DNA of 64,000 nt, from positions 5,460 to 69,459 of the forward strand of contig JBKBKV010000003.1 in assembly GCA_046294495.1 (NCBI GenBank). The letters are read 5' to 3'. Under the pieces are notes generated by a model. The model made no database searches and was not told the DNA's origin. It worked only from the letters and a program-made list of their open reading frames with translations. Both the position numbers and the translations under genes were made by a program. This document shows positions 36,688 through 46,624 of this stretch, one piece after another; within the stretch, counting starts at the first letter, position 1; each line of letters opens with the position of its first letter. This DNA comes from Dehalococcoidia bacterium. GTDB taxonomy: Bacteria; Chloroflexota; Dehalococcoidia; Lucifugimonadales; HRBIN23.

Positions 36688-38892
36688 ATGCTTTATCGCT
36701 GGGGCCTCCTCGTTGTCCGCTGGCGATGGCCTGTCCTGACCATCTGGATAGCCCTTTTCTTGCTGGGCTTACCCTTTGCCCCAAGGGTGTCTGGGTTGCT
36801 GAAGAGCGGCTTCGGGAGGGCCGATGTGGAGTCCGAGCGTGCCCTGAATCTGCTAAAGGAACGCTTCGGCTTCGCTGAGGCATCCATCACCTTCGTGTTC
36901 CAACACCCCACACTCCGCGCTACCGACCCTGCTTTCATTGCCCTGGAGGAGCAAGCCCTCTCTCCATTGCGCAACGCCCCGGGGGTGCAGCGCATCGTTA
37001 CCCATTATACCAGCGCTAATCCCCGTATGGTCTCCTCCAACGGGCACACCGCCTATGCCCTGGTGCTCCTGAAAGGGAGCATTGACGAGGCCATGGACGC
37101 CTACCGTGACCTGCGCCCGCTGGTGCAAGCGCCGCAGGAGATGCGTATCTGGGCTACCGGAGGCATTCCCATCTTCGCAGACCTGAACCAGGCAGCGGAG
37201 CGGGACCTGCGCAGGGCCGAAGTGGTTACCCTGCCGGTGGTGCTCGTAGCCCTGGTCTTCGTGTTCGGAGGGCTGGTGGCGGCTGCTCTTCCTCTCCTTA
37301 TCGGTGCCACCAGTGTTGCCATTACCCTTGCCCTTATCGCCCTGCTAGCGCGCACCGTGGATATGTCCATTTTTGTAGGGAACATTGTAACGGTGCTGGG
37401 CTTAGGCGTGGCTGTGGACTACGCCCTGCTGGTGGTGAGCCGTTTCCGTGAGGAGGTAAACCTCCGCCCTAAAGAGGAGGCCATTGCCATCACCGTGGAC
37501 CGGGCGGGGCGGGCCTTGCTCTTTTCGGGTTTCACCACCGTGGTGGGGCTGTCGGGGCTTTTGCTTTTCCCTTATATGATGCTCCGCTCCCTGGGAGTAG
37601 GGGGAATGCTGGTGGTGGGCATTAGCATGGCGGCGGCACTAACGGCTCTGCCGGCGTTGCTAGCCACTGTGGGCAAGGGGGTCAATGCCATCCCCGTTCT
37701 CCCCTTGCGAGAGGTGCAAGAGAGGTGGTGGCACCGCCTGGCTCTGGCTATTATGGGCCGTCCCTTCGTGGTGATAGCCGCTGTGGGGGCGTTTCTGATT
37801 GTGCTTGGGCTTCCCTTTCTGCGGGTGCGCATAGGGGCGCCGTGGGCGTCCATCCTCCCCCAGGGGGCAGAGGCCCGCCAGGGGTGGGAGGTGCTGGCGA
37901 AGGAGTTTGGGGAGGGGGAGTTGGCCCCCATTGCCGTGGTCATCCAAGACCCCCAGGGGGTGTTGCGTCCACAGGCGGTGGAGCGCCTTTACGACTTCGC
38001 CCATGTCCTGGCGCAGGACAGCCGCGTGGAGCGGGTGGAGAGCATCGTTACCCTTGACCCCCGCCTCACCCGGGAGCAGTATGCCCTTCTATACGCTAAC
38101 CCTCAGGCCATCCCTTCCCCTGAAGTGCGCGCTGCCCTTGAGAGTATGGTCCGCCCCGACACCACCTACCTCAGGGTAGTCAGCAAATACCCGCCACTGT
38201 CCGACGAGACGAAGGCCCTTGTGCAGCGCATCCGCCGGGAGGGGCCGGCCTATGGGCTACAGGTTTCAGTAACGGGGGCCACCGCAGACATTATGGACGC
38301 TGTTGACCTGATGTATGGAAAGTTTGTGTGGGTAGTGGCGTATGTGGCTGGAGCCATATACCTGTGCCTGCTTCTTTTGTTCCGCTCCCTGGTGCTCCCA
38401 TTGAAGGCGGTTGTTATTAACACCTTGAGTATCCTGGCCAGTTATGGGGCACTGGTGTTTATCTTCCAGGAGGGGCACTTCAGCAGTATCCTGGGCTTCC
38501 AGGCCGAGGGGTATACCGAGTCCACTATCCCTATACTCCTTTTCTGCATCCTTTATGGTCTGAGCATGGATTATGAGGTGTTTCTGCTGGCGCGAGTCAA
38601 GGAGATATACGACGAAACGGGGGACAACACCCACAGCGTGGCGCTGGGCCTAGAGAAGACGGGACGCATCGTTACCAGCGCCGCCCTCATCCTCTTCCTG
38701 GTGAACATCTCCTTTGTAATAGGGGATGTGGTGCTCGTCAAAGCCCTGGGGGTGGGGATAGCCCTGGCTGTGCTCCTGGATGCCACGGTGGTGCGGGCGC
38801 TGTTGGTGCCAGCCACCATGCGGGTGCTGGGAGAGTGGAACTGGTGGGCGCCTATGTGGATGGGGGGAAAACGCCAAGGGGGCACCGTATAG
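36688..38892 (+). CDS. MMPL/RND-superfamily membrane transporter
   Basis: 734 aa. Two 6-TM bundles, each preceded by a large extracytoplasmic loop. Contains GVAVDYALLVVSRFREE and GLSMDYEVFLLARVKE, typical MMPL motifs. Confidence 0.9.
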   Translation: MLYRWGLLVVRWRWPVLTIWIALFLLGLPFAPRVSGLLKSGFGRADVESERALNLLKERFGFAEASITFVFQHPTLRATDPAFIALEEQALSPLRNAPGVQRIVTHYTSANPRMVSSNGHTAYALVLLKGSIDEAMDAYRDLRPLVQAPQEMRIWATGGIPIFADLNQAAERDLRRAEVVTLPVVLVALVFVFGGLVAAALPLLIGATSVAITLALIALLARTVDMSIFVGNIVTVLGLGVAVDYALLVVSRFREEVNLRPKEEAIAITVDRAGRALLFSGFTTVVGLSGLLLFPYMMLRSLGVGGMLVVGISMAAALTALPALLATVGKGVNAIPVLPLREVQERWWHRLALAIMGRPFVVIAAVGAFLIVLGLPFLRVRIGAPWASILPQGAEARQGWEVLAKEFGEGELAPIAVVIQDPQGVLRPQAVERLYDFAHVLAQDSRVERVESIVTLDPRLTREQYALLYANPQAIPSPEVRAALESMVRPDTTYLRVVSKYPPLSDETKALVQRIRREGPAYGLQVSVTGATADIMDAVDLMYGKFVWVVAYVAGAIYLCLLLLFRSLVLPLKAVVINTLSILASYGALVFIFQEGHFSSILGFQAEGYTESTIPILLFCILYGLSMDYEVFLLARVKEIYDETGDNTHSVALGLEKTGRIVTSAALILFLVNISFVIGDVVLVKALGVGIALAVLLDATVVRALLVPATMRVLGEWNWWAPMWMGGKRQGGTV

Positions 38893-39021
38893 CCCCGGAC
38901 ACGGCTTTGGTTACACCCTTGCCAAAAATCCCTCCGCTGTGCTCGCAATGACAGACGGCAGCTTCCTGACGCTATTGCCATCCTGTTTGCGCTCTGTTTA
39001 CACATCCTTTACAACACGCCC

Positions 39022-39050
39022 TTGACAACCCAGCACTGACCACCTATAGT
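39022..39050 (+). promoter_or_regulatory. Sigma-70-type promoter for the ABC importer operon (TTGACA N17 TATAGT)
   Basis: TTGACA at 39022-39027, a 17-nt spacer, and TATAGT at 39045-39050. Lies 56 nt before the ATG. Confidence 0.5.
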
Positions 39051-39106
39051 GTGGGCAGCACAATACCCGCTCACCGCTCCGGCACGAGCAGTAAGAAGGA
39101 GGGGGA

Positions 39107-40870
39107 ATGCAACAAGGCAAGGGAAGTCCTTTGGCTCGGTTCCTTATTTTGGCCGTTACTTTAGGGGCCATCGGGTTACTGATGGCATGCCGCCCAGCAG
39201 CAGCACCTACCCCTACCAAGGCCCCTGCAACACCGGTCCCCACTGCCCCGGCGCCCACCGAGGCCACCCCTGTGATTCGTGTTGAGACCCCCACCCCCAC
39301 TCCACCCGCCGAACGGCCCCAGTATGGTGGCATCTTTCGCACCCACGCCGGAGACGACCTGGTGCACTTTGACCAGATGCTTCAGAACACCGTTCGCACC
39401 CAACAGCGAGTAGGCCCCTCCTACAACCGCCTGATGCGCTTCTCTTTCTTTGAGGTGGGCGTCATCGTGCCCGACCTGGCAGAGCGCTTTGAGGTGAGCA
39501 AAGACGGCCTCACCTACACCTTCTTCCTGCGCCCGGGCGTCAAGTTCCACGAGATTCCCGGCGTCCCCGGGAGCGGCACCGACCTGGACTGCCCCGATGT
39601 AAAGCACACCTTGGACAAATACCGCAACCCCGAACAAAGCAAGCGGGCGGGCGACCTGGCCGCCGTCAGTAGTATAGAGTGCAACCCGGCTGAACCCCTC
39701 AAGGTAGTCATCAAACTCAAGACCCCCGACGCCGGCCTGGTGGCCAAGATCTCGGCGGGATGGGCAGGCATTATCCCCAGCGAACTGCCGTGGGAGCGCA
39801 TGAAGGACACGGTTATCGGCACAGGCCCCTATATCTGGCAGGGATACACCAAGGGGCAGAAGAGCGTCTCCAAGAAGAACCCCAACTACTGGCGCAAGGG
39901 CCTCCCCTATATGGATGAAATCCACAACTTCGTGTTCCCCAGGGAGGAGGTCTCCTTCGCCGCCTTCCGCGCCAAACAGCTGGACATGAACTCCTACATG
40001 CAATACATCTACCCCTCCGAGGCCAAAATTCTCAAGGAACAGCACCCCGAGGTGATCGTCTCCTTGCCACCGCGCCTGTGGTGGCACTTCGTCTACGGTA
40101 ACCTGAAGTCCGGGCCGTGGGCCGACCCCAAGGTGCGCCAAGCCTTCAACCTATTCATTGACCGCCCCAAATCAGTGGAAATCCTGGGTGAAGGGGTAGG
40201 CGACTACGGGGCTTGGCAGCCCCCCTGGACCAAGTGGAGTCTCCCCCGGGAGGAACTGGACAAGTTTGTTGGTAAGAAAGACAGTTCCGACATGCCTGCC
40301 CGTCGGGAGCAGGCTAAAAAACTCCTCCAGGAGGCAGGCTATAGCCCCTCCAAGCCACTGAAGATGGTGGTGGATGCCCTGAACACCCGGGAGTCCATGC
40401 TCACACCCACCTACATGCAGGACGAGGCGAAGAAACTGGGCGGGCTGCTGGAACTGACCCTGAACCCCCTGGACAGGGCCGCCTGGAATGACCGCCTGGA
40501 AAAGAGGGCCTTTGAGATGCAGGGGAGCGGCAGTGCGGTGGCCCCTGTTATTGACCCCAGCCTGTTCTATGGCAACTACTTCCCCTGCAACGCCCCGGCC
40601 AACTACATGGGCTACTGCGACCCCGAGTTTGACAAACTCTTCACCCAAATCCTCTCGGAACTGGACGAGGCCAAGCGCCAGCAACTGGTGTGGCAGGCCG
40701 AGCGCAAACTCCTCACCGACCTGCCCGCCATCCTTATCCGCTGGGTGGCCGAGGGTATGGCCTGGTGGCCCTGGGTGAAGAACTTCAAGGATGTGGATCC
40801 CGCCTACTACAACAATGTCACTATGGAAGAGGTCTGGCTAGACCGCAACCACCCCAGTTACCCCCGCTAG
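39107..40870 (+). CDS. ABC transporter substrate-binding lipoprotein, family 5 (peptide/nickel/opine type)
   Basis: 587 aa. Lipobox LLMAC, then a Pro/Thr/Ala-rich linker. The body has family 5 SBP features (YGGIFR..., FHEIPGVPGS, NPNYWRKGLPYMDEI). Confidence 0.9.
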   Translation: MQQGKGSPLARFLILAVTLGAIGLLMACRPAAAPTPTKAPATPVPTAPAPTEATPVIRVETPTPTPPAERPQYGGIFRTHAGDDLVHFDQMLQNTVRTQQRVGPSYNRLMRFSFFEVGVIVPDLAERFEVSKDGLTYTFFLRPGVKFHEIPGVPGSGTDLDCPDVKHTLDKYRNPEQSKRAGDLAAVSSIECNPAEPLKVVIKLKTPDAGLVAKISAGWAGIIPSELPWERMKDTVIGTGPYIWQGYTKGQKSVSKKNPNYWRKGLPYMDEIHNFVFPREEVSFAAFRAKQLDMNSYMQYIYPSEAKILKEQHPEVIVSLPPRLWWHFVYGNLKSGPWADPKVRQAFNLFIDRPKSVEILGEGVGDYGAWQPPWTKWSLPREELDKFVGKKDSSDMPARREQAKKLLQEAGYSPSKPLKMVVDALNTRESMLTPTYMQDEAKKLGGLLELTLNPLDRAAWNDRLEKRAFEMQGSGSAVAPVIDPSLFYGNYFPCNAPANYMGYCDPEFDKLFTQILSELDEAKRQQLVWQAERKLLTDLPAILIRWVAEGMAWWPWVKNFKDVDPAYYNNVTMEEVWLDRNHPSYPR

Positions 40871-40890
40871 CGCTCCCGCGTCCCGTGTGT

Positions 40891-40922
40891 CTGCAGGGGC
40901 GGGGAAATCCCCGCCCCTGCAG
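40891..40922 (+). promoter_or_regulatory. Perfect 14-bp GC-rich intercistronic stem-loop (CTGCAGGGGCGGGG aaat CCCCGCCCCTGCAG)
   Basis: Read directly from the sequence, between the SBP stop (40870) and the permease start (40965). No U-tract follows, so it looks more like an mRNA-stabilising or attenuating hairpin than a full terminator. Confidence 0.6.
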
Positions 40923-40964
40923 GTGGGGTTGGGAAGGTGAGGCGAAAGGAAAGATAACTGAACG

Positions 40965-41924
40965 ATGCGAGCCTTCCTGATTCGGCGTCTACTCCTGGGT
41001 ATCCTCACCGTCTATGGCGTTGCCACCCTTACTTTTGTCCTGATGCGCATCGTCCCGGGCGACCCTGCCCTTATAGCCCTGGCCGACCCTAGCCGTGGAG
41101 AAGCCGTCCCCAAGGCCCAACTGGAGGCCAAGCGACGGGAACTGGGCCTGGACAAGCCCCTGGCCCAGCAATACATCACCTGGCTCGCCAACTCCTTCCG
41201 CTTCAACTTTGGCAAGTCCTCCTGGGGAGGGGGCGATGTGGTAGATGAGTATGTCAGGCGCCTCCCCCTATCCTTGAACATGGCCCTCCTGGCCTTTATC
41301 CTGACCGTTCTGGTGGGCATCCCATTGGGCATCCTCTCGGCCATCAAGCAGGACACCCCCCTTGACTATATCGCTCGCATCATCGCCATTTCGGGCCTTT
41401 CCATGCCTTCGTTCTGGGTGGCGGTGCTCATCATCGTCGTTTTGCTAAGGGTGTTCGGGTGGCTCCCCTCCCTGGACTATGTGCCCATATGGGAAGACCC
41501 AGGGCGCAACCTCACCCAACTTTTCTTCCCCAGTTTCGCCGTGGCCTTCGGCTTCATCGGCGTTGTTACACGGATGACCCGCTCCTCCCTCCTGGAAGTG
41601 CTCAGGGAGGACTACATCCGCACGGCGTGGGCCAAGGGCCTACGAGGGCACACAGTAGTTATGCGCCACGCCCTGCGCAACGCGCTCCTGCCGGTGGTTA
41701 CGGTGCTGGGGCTCCAGTTCGGGTTCGCCGTTGGTGGGCTGGTGGTAGTGGAGGCGGCCTTCAATCTGCCGGGGGCGGGGCGCTTCCTCTTTGAGGCGAC
41801 CCTGCGACGGGACTACAATGTCATCCAGGCCAGTCTCTTTGCCATAGCCCTGTTCGTTACCCTGGCCAACCTGCTGGTGGACATCCTCTACGCCTGGCTG
41901 AACCCCAGGGTGCGTTTGGAGTAG
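40965..41924 (+). CDS. ABC transporter permease (DppB/OppB-like)
   Basis: 319 aa. N-terminus RRLLLGILTVYGVATLTFVLMRIVPGDP, plus an EAA-like loop (TRSSLLEVLREDYIRTAWAKG). Confidence 0.9.
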   Translation: MRAFLIRRLLLGILTVYGVATLTFVLMRIVPGDPALIALADPSRGEAVPKAQLEAKRRELGLDKPLAQQYITWLANSFRFNFGKSSWGGGDVVDEYVRRLPLSLNMALLAFILTVLVGIPLGILSAIKQDTPLDYIARIIAISGLSMPSFWVAVLIIVVLLRVFGWLPSLDYVPIWEDPGRNLTQLFFPSFAVAFGFIGVVTRMTRSSLLEVLREDYIRTAWAKGLRGHTVVMRHALRNALLPVVTVLGLQFGFAVGGLVVVEAAFNLPGAGRFLFEATLRRDYNVIQASLFAIALFVTLANLLVDILYAWLNPRVRLE

Positions 41925-41930
41925 CCCAGG

Positions 41931-42821
41931 ATGCAAAGGCCCGAAGCCGTGGAGAGGGTAGCGCCGCTTCGCAAGGGGAAGGGCTTTTGGGGCACCCTTG
42001 TCCTGGCGGCGCGCCGCAAGCCCCTGGGGACAGCCGGCGCCCTTATCCTCTTGCTGGTGCTGGCGGGGGCAATATTTGCCCCTTACATTGCCCGCCACGA
42101 CCCCAATGCCATTACCACGGCACGCTTGCGCCCCCCTTCCGCCGAGTATTGGCTGGGCACAGACCACCTGGGGCGGGATGTGTTTGCACGGGTTATCTAT
42201 GGGGGGCGTGTATCCCTTCTGGTGGGCTTCCTCTCAACTATCCTGGGCACTGGCACCGGTGCCCTATTGGCCCTGGTGAGCGCCTACTGGGGGAAGGCCT
42301 GGGACAACGCCTTCCAGCGCTTTATGGACATACTCTGGGCTTTCCCCAGCCTGATCATCGCCCTGGTAATAGTAACGGTGCTAGGCTCTAGCACCCGCAA
42401 TGTTATCCTGGCTATCGCCATTGTGGTGGTGCCCCTGGCGGCGCGGGTGATGCGCTCCCAGGTGCTGGTGGTAAAGGAGATGGAGTATGTGAAGGCCGCC
42501 CAGGCACTGGGGGCCAGCACCTGGCGCATCTTATTCTTCCATGTGGCCCCCAACTGCGTGGCCCCTTACATCATCGTCGCTACAGCAACCCTGGGAGGGG
42601 CCATCGTAACCGAGGCGTCCCTCAGTTTCCTGGGGATGGGCATCCCACCCCCAACACCCTCCTGGGGGCGCGACCTCTTCGGCACCGCCGCCAACTACGC
42701 TGAGCTGGCCCCCTGGATTCCCATTGCCCCCGGTGTGGCTCTCAGCCTGGCGGTGTATGGCTTCAACCTTCTGGGCGACGCCGTGCGAGACCTGCTGGAC
42801 CCTCGCCTGCGCGGAAGGTAG
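41931..42821 (+). CDS. ABC transporter permease (DppC/OppC-like)
   Basis: 296 aa. HLGRDVFARVIYGGRVSL and an EAA-like loop (MRSQVLVVKEMEYVKAAQALG). Confidence 0.9.
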   Translation: MQRPEAVERVAPLRKGKGFWGTLVLAARRKPLGTAGALILLLVLAGAIFAPYIARHDPNAITTARLRPPSAEYWLGTDHLGRDVFARVIYGGRVSLLVGFLSTILGTGTGALLALVSAYWGKAWDNAFQRFMDILWAFPSLIIALVIVTVLGSSTRNVILAIAIVVVPLAARVMRSQVLVVKEMEYVKAAQALGASTWRILFFHVAPNCVAPYIIVATATLGGAIVTEASLSFLGMGIPPPTPSWGRDLFGTAANYAELAPWIPIAPGVALSLAVYGFNLLGDAVRDLLDPRLRGR

Positions 42822-42826
42822 CCCCC

Positions 42827-44557
42827 TTACGGGCGCTGGATACGCACATCCAGCACGGCCGCCTGTCCCCTCTCTACTGCCGATAGGCCCCGCTCCAGGG
42901 CTGGGCGCACCTGCTGGGGGTCTTCCACCCGCTCCCCATACGCCCCGCACGCCTGTGCCACCAGGGCATACTCCGGAGAGGGCGATAGGTCGGTGCCTAG
43001 CCACTGCCCCAGGCGCTGGGCGTAACTCTGGGGATAGGCCTCCCGCCAGGAGCGCTTGGTGGCGTGGTGCATCTGGTTGTTGAAGATGACAGTTAGGAAG
43101 GGTGCACGATAGGCCGTGGCCGTCCACAGGGCCGAGGTAGGGCACCCGAACAGGAAAGAGCCGTCCCCCACCAGGGCCACCACCCGCCGCTGCGGGGAGG
43201 CGAGTTTCGCCCCGATGGCCGCCCCCAATGCCCACCCCAGGCTGGAGCCCCCGCTGGTAAACACGGTGCCAGGCTGTGTGCGCATAACCCCCTGCGCCAC
43301 ATACCCCGCATTGGTAACCGTTTCGTCCAGCAACAGGTCCTCTGGAGAGAGCACCTGGTCAATACAGGAGACCAGCCACTCAGGGGCGATGGGGTAGGTG
43401 GTGGACAGGCGTTGGGCGATGCGGCGCGTCTCCTGGCGCTTCTGGAGATGGGCCTCACCCAGGGAGTGCAGGCGCTCCTGGGCACGCTGGCGTTGGGAAG
43501 GGGTAAGGGAGGCGTCCACCGCTTCAACCAGCGCCGGCAGGGCCTTGGCCGAGTCGGCGTGGATACGCAGATGGGCAGGGAAGGTGAAGAGGGGGATGGT
43601 GGACTTCATGGGGTCAATGTCTATCCAGATGACGGTGGCATCGGGGCGGGGCTTCGCCTGGGAAGGGATGTAGGGGACCTCCTCGTCCACGATTAGGACG
43701 ACATCGGCCTCCCGCAGGTATGGTCCGGGGAGGGTGCCGGCCCAAAGGGGGTGGTTGGTGGGGAAGTTCATACGGCAGGACGAGGCGACCACCGGCGCAC
43801 CAAGGCGCTCTGCCAGGGCCACCAGGGGCGCCACCGCCCCAGGGTTGCGCCCCGCTCGTCCCACGATGAGGAGAGGGCGTTCCGCCTTGGCCAGGGCCTG
43901 GGCTGCCTGTGCCAGAGCCGTAGGGTCGGCCTGGGGGGTAACGGGGGTGGAGAGTTCCTGGGGATAAGGGATGGGCACCCCCTCTACCTCCTCCATAAGC
44001 ACCTCGCGCGGGAGTGTGAGGTAAACAGGCCCTGGTGGCTCCGCAGCAGCCAGGGCGAAAGCCCGATTCACCACATGGTGGATGCTCTCATTGCGACGCA
44101 GTTCGTAGTCCCACTTCACGAAGCCCCGCACGCTCATCCCCTGGTCTATCTGCTCCTGAATCCAGTGGATCCAGATGTTGCGGCTCCCGGGCAGTTCACC
44201 TTCTAGGGTTAGTGGGGCGCGCCCTGCACACAATACGATGCCTGCCTTGCCTCTCTGGGCGTTGTGCAGAGCACCCCCCACCTGCAGGGTGCCAATGTCT
44301 ACATGCACCAGCACCACCTGGGGGCGCCCACTGACCATAAAGTGGCCGTGGGCAGCGGACATAGCCACCCCCTCGTGGGGGCAGACCACCACCTCCGGCG
44401 TCTTCCGCCCTTCTACCCGCAAGCGGGCGATAGCCTCCTGAACGGGGAAGGTGTCGGTGCCAGAGTTCAGGAAGATGTAGTCTACCCCGTTGGCGTTGAG
44501 GAGTTCCACAAAGGCTTCAGCACCCGTGCGCACGGGAGCCACTATCCTCTGCGCCAT
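42827..44557 (-). CDS. Thiamine diphosphate-dependent enzyme, acetolactate synthase/benzoylformate decarboxylase-like
   Basis: 576 aa. ThDP-binding motif LVGDGSFLF...VIFNNQ and the three-domain length. Only 30 nt downstream of the vWA gene, with its own AAGGAGG. Confidence 0.85.
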   Translation of the reverse strand: MAQRIVAPVRTGAEAFVELLNANGVDYIFLNSGTDTFPVQEAIARLRVEGRKTPEVVVCPHEGVAMSAAHGHFMVSGRPQVVLVHVDIGTLQVGGALHNAQRGKAGIVLCAGRAPLTLEGELPGSRNIWIHWIQEQIDQGMSVRGFVKWDYELRRNESIHHVVNRAFALAAAEPPGPVYLTLPREVLMEEVEGVPIPYPQELSTPVTPQADPTALAQAAQALAKAERPLLIVGRAGRNPGAVAPLVALAERLGAPVVASSCRMNFPTNHPLWAGTLPGPYLREADVVLIVDEEVPYIPSQAKPRPDATVIWIDIDPMKSTIPLFTFPAHLRIHADSAKALPALVEAVDASLTPSQRQRAQERLHSLGEAHLQKRQETRRIAQRLSTTYPIAPEWLVSCIDQVLSPEDLLLDETVTNAGYVAQGVMRTQPGTVFTSGGSSLGWALGAAIGAKLASPQRRVVALVGDGSFLFGCPTSALWTATAYRAPFLTVIFNNQMHHATKRSWREAYPQSYAQRLGQWLGTDLSPSPEYALVAQACGAYGERVEDPQQVRPALERGLSAVERGQAAVLDVRIQRP

Positions 44558-44587
44558 TGCGGCCTCCTTATCCCGTGCCCTGGGGTG

Positions 44588-46621
44588 TTACGCCAGCAGA
44601 CGGCGACGGCCGGTGAGGTAGTCCACCAGCATATACTGGCCCAGGCGCTCCGGGCTGGTGTAGAACACCCGCCCCCGGTTGATGCGGGTCATCTGGTCTA
44701 CGAAGTCCATTAGATAAGAGTTACGGTCCAGCATAAAGGTATTGATGATGATGCCCTTACTGGTGCACCGCTTCACCTCCTTCAGGGTCGCGCGGATAGT
44801 GTGCGGGCTAGGTGGATACTGGAGGAACAACTGCCCCCCCTCCAGGTGGGCAGTTGGCTCCCCGTCGGAAATCATCAGGATCTGGCGGGTTCCGTTGCAT
44901 CGGGCTAGCAGTTTCTGGGCGAGCATCAGCCCGTGCTGGATGTTGGTGTAGGGGTCAAACTCGTCCCAAGTCAGATAGGGAAGCTTCTCGGGCTTTATTT
45001 CCCGTGCATAAGTAGAAAACCCTACGATGTGGAGGCGGTCCCTAGGGAACTGGGTGCGAATGAGGTTGTCCAGCGCCATGGCCACCTTCTTGGCCGCTAG
45101 GAAGTTGCCCCGCATAGCCATAGAGAGGGAGAGGTCTATCATCAGCACCGTGCTGGACTGAACGAACTGCTCCATCTGGTAGACCTCAAAGTCCTGTAGG
45201 CGCACCCGTATAGGGGTATGGGGGCCTTCTCGGAAAAGGGCGTTGAAGAGGGTGCGTTGCAGGTCGGGGTCAAAGGGGTCGCCGAACTCCCAGGCCTTGT
45301 TTTCGTAGGTGCGCTCGCCTGGCCCGAAGCGCCATCGGGAGATGTGCTGCCCGCTGCGGTCGCGCCGAATGTAGGTAAAGATCTCATACAGGGCCTTCTG
45401 CCCTAGCTTGCGCACCCCCTTGGGGGTTAGTTCCAGGCGGCCACCAACCCTCCGTATGTAGCCGGCCTGTTCCAGCACATCGGCCAGGCGCTGCAAGTAG
45501 GCTGCCTCCTGTGCAGTTTCTGGGCCTAGCACCTGCTCCATAAGGGCCATGTCCAGGCCCCCGGGTGTGGCCCCCTGCTGGAAGCGGCGCAGTTGGCGCT
45601 CTAACTCGTCCATCTGCTGGAGGCGCTCCATCACATCCAGGGCTTGGGGCAGGTCCAGGGGCTCCTGCCCTTGAAAGGGGTATTCCCGGCGCAGAGGGCC
45701 CATGGGGAAGAGGTCTTCAAGGTTGAAGGCCATGCGGGCCAGTTCCTGAACTAACTCCTGGTCCTGTAGGGCCTGCTCCAGCACCTGCTCCAACTGGCGA
45801 CGCTGTTCTGGGGAGAGGCTCTGCAACAGGGACTGCAGGTTGGCCGCCTGGCGCTGGAGGTGCTCCACCAGTTCCTCCAGGGTAGTAGGGGGCTGGCGGC
45901 CGAAGAGGTGGTTCCATTGCTCCAGGAACTGCTGGAAGTTGGGCTGTCCCCCCCGACGGCGCTCTTCCAGGAGGCGGTTCAGGTCCTTAAGAAACTCCTT
46001 GAGGCGCTGGATGTCCTGTGGGCCTAGCCTTTGCAGACCCTCCAGCAGGTCTTGGAAGGTGCGCTGTAACACCTGTTGTTGCAGGGATTGGAGCAAGCGG
46101 TCAAAGCGCTCTTTGGCCTCCGGGCTGGTGAACTCGTAGTCTTTCAGGCGCTGGATAGCCGAGGCCGGCTCTGGGGGAAGGGTGTCAAGGAACCGGTGGG
46201 CCTGCTCCAGGGAGCGCTGGAGGCGGCGCAGGAGGTCCGCCTCCAGGCCCCCGCCCTTTCCCTCCTGCTGAATGCGTTGCAGTTTCTCCGCCATCTCCTG
46301 GCTTCGGCGGGCCAGGGCCTCCCGCTCCAGGCGCAGGATATCTTCCAGTTCCTTCTGGATATTCCCTAGCACCGAAGAGAGGTTGTATCGGTCCAGCACC
46401 TCCTGCCGACGCTGGCGCAGGCGCTGGAGGAGTTCCTGAACGCCAGGGAGGCGCTGGCCGTAGCGCCCCCGCAGGCCACGCTGTAAAAGGGAACGGAGGG
46501 CGGTGCCCACATCCCCCTGCCCCATGAGGCTTTCGGAGAGTTGCTCCATAACATCATCCTCGTGGAGCGGAAACTCGGCCTGGGTGCCGTCCCAGCGGGA
46601 ATACCTGTAGAAAAGCATCAT
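44588..46621 (-). CDS. vWA-domain protein with long helical Q/L/E/R-rich N-terminal region
   Basis: 677 aa. N-terminus MMLFYRYSRWDGTQ. About 450 aa are coiled-coil-like. The C-terminal vWA domain has an intact MIDAS start (VLMIDLSLSM) and ...ILMISDGEPT. Confidence 0.85.
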   Translation of the reverse strand: MMLFYRYSRWDGTQAEFPLHEDDVMEQLSESLMGQGDVGTALRSLLQRGLRGRYGQRLPGVQELLQRLRQRRQEVLDRYNLSSVLGNIQKELEDILRLEREALARRSQEMAEKLQRIQQEGKGGGLEADLLRRLQRSLEQAHRFLDTLPPEPASAIQRLKDYEFTSPEAKERFDRLLQSLQQQVLQRTFQDLLEGLQRLGPQDIQRLKEFLKDLNRLLEERRRGGQPNFQQFLEQWNHLFGRQPPTTLEELVEHLQRQAANLQSLLQSLSPEQRRQLEQVLEQALQDQELVQELARMAFNLEDLFPMGPLRREYPFQGQEPLDLPQALDVMERLQQMDELERQLRRFQQGATPGGLDMALMEQVLGPETAQEAAYLQRLADVLEQAGYIRRVGGRLELTPKGVRKLGQKALYEIFTYIRRDRSGQHISRWRFGPGERTYENKAWEFGDPFDPDLQRTLFNALFREGPHTPIRVRLQDFEVYQMEQFVQSSTVLMIDLSLSMAMRGNFLAAKKVAMALDNLIRTQFPRDRLHIVGFSTYAREIKPEKLPYLTWDEFDPYTNIQHGLMLAQKLLARCNGTRQILMISDGEPTAHLEGGQLFLQYPPSPHTIRATLKEVKRCTSKGIIINTFMLDRNSYLMDFVDQMTRINRGRVFYTSPERLGQYMLVDYLTGRRRLLA

Positions 46622-46624
46622 ACA

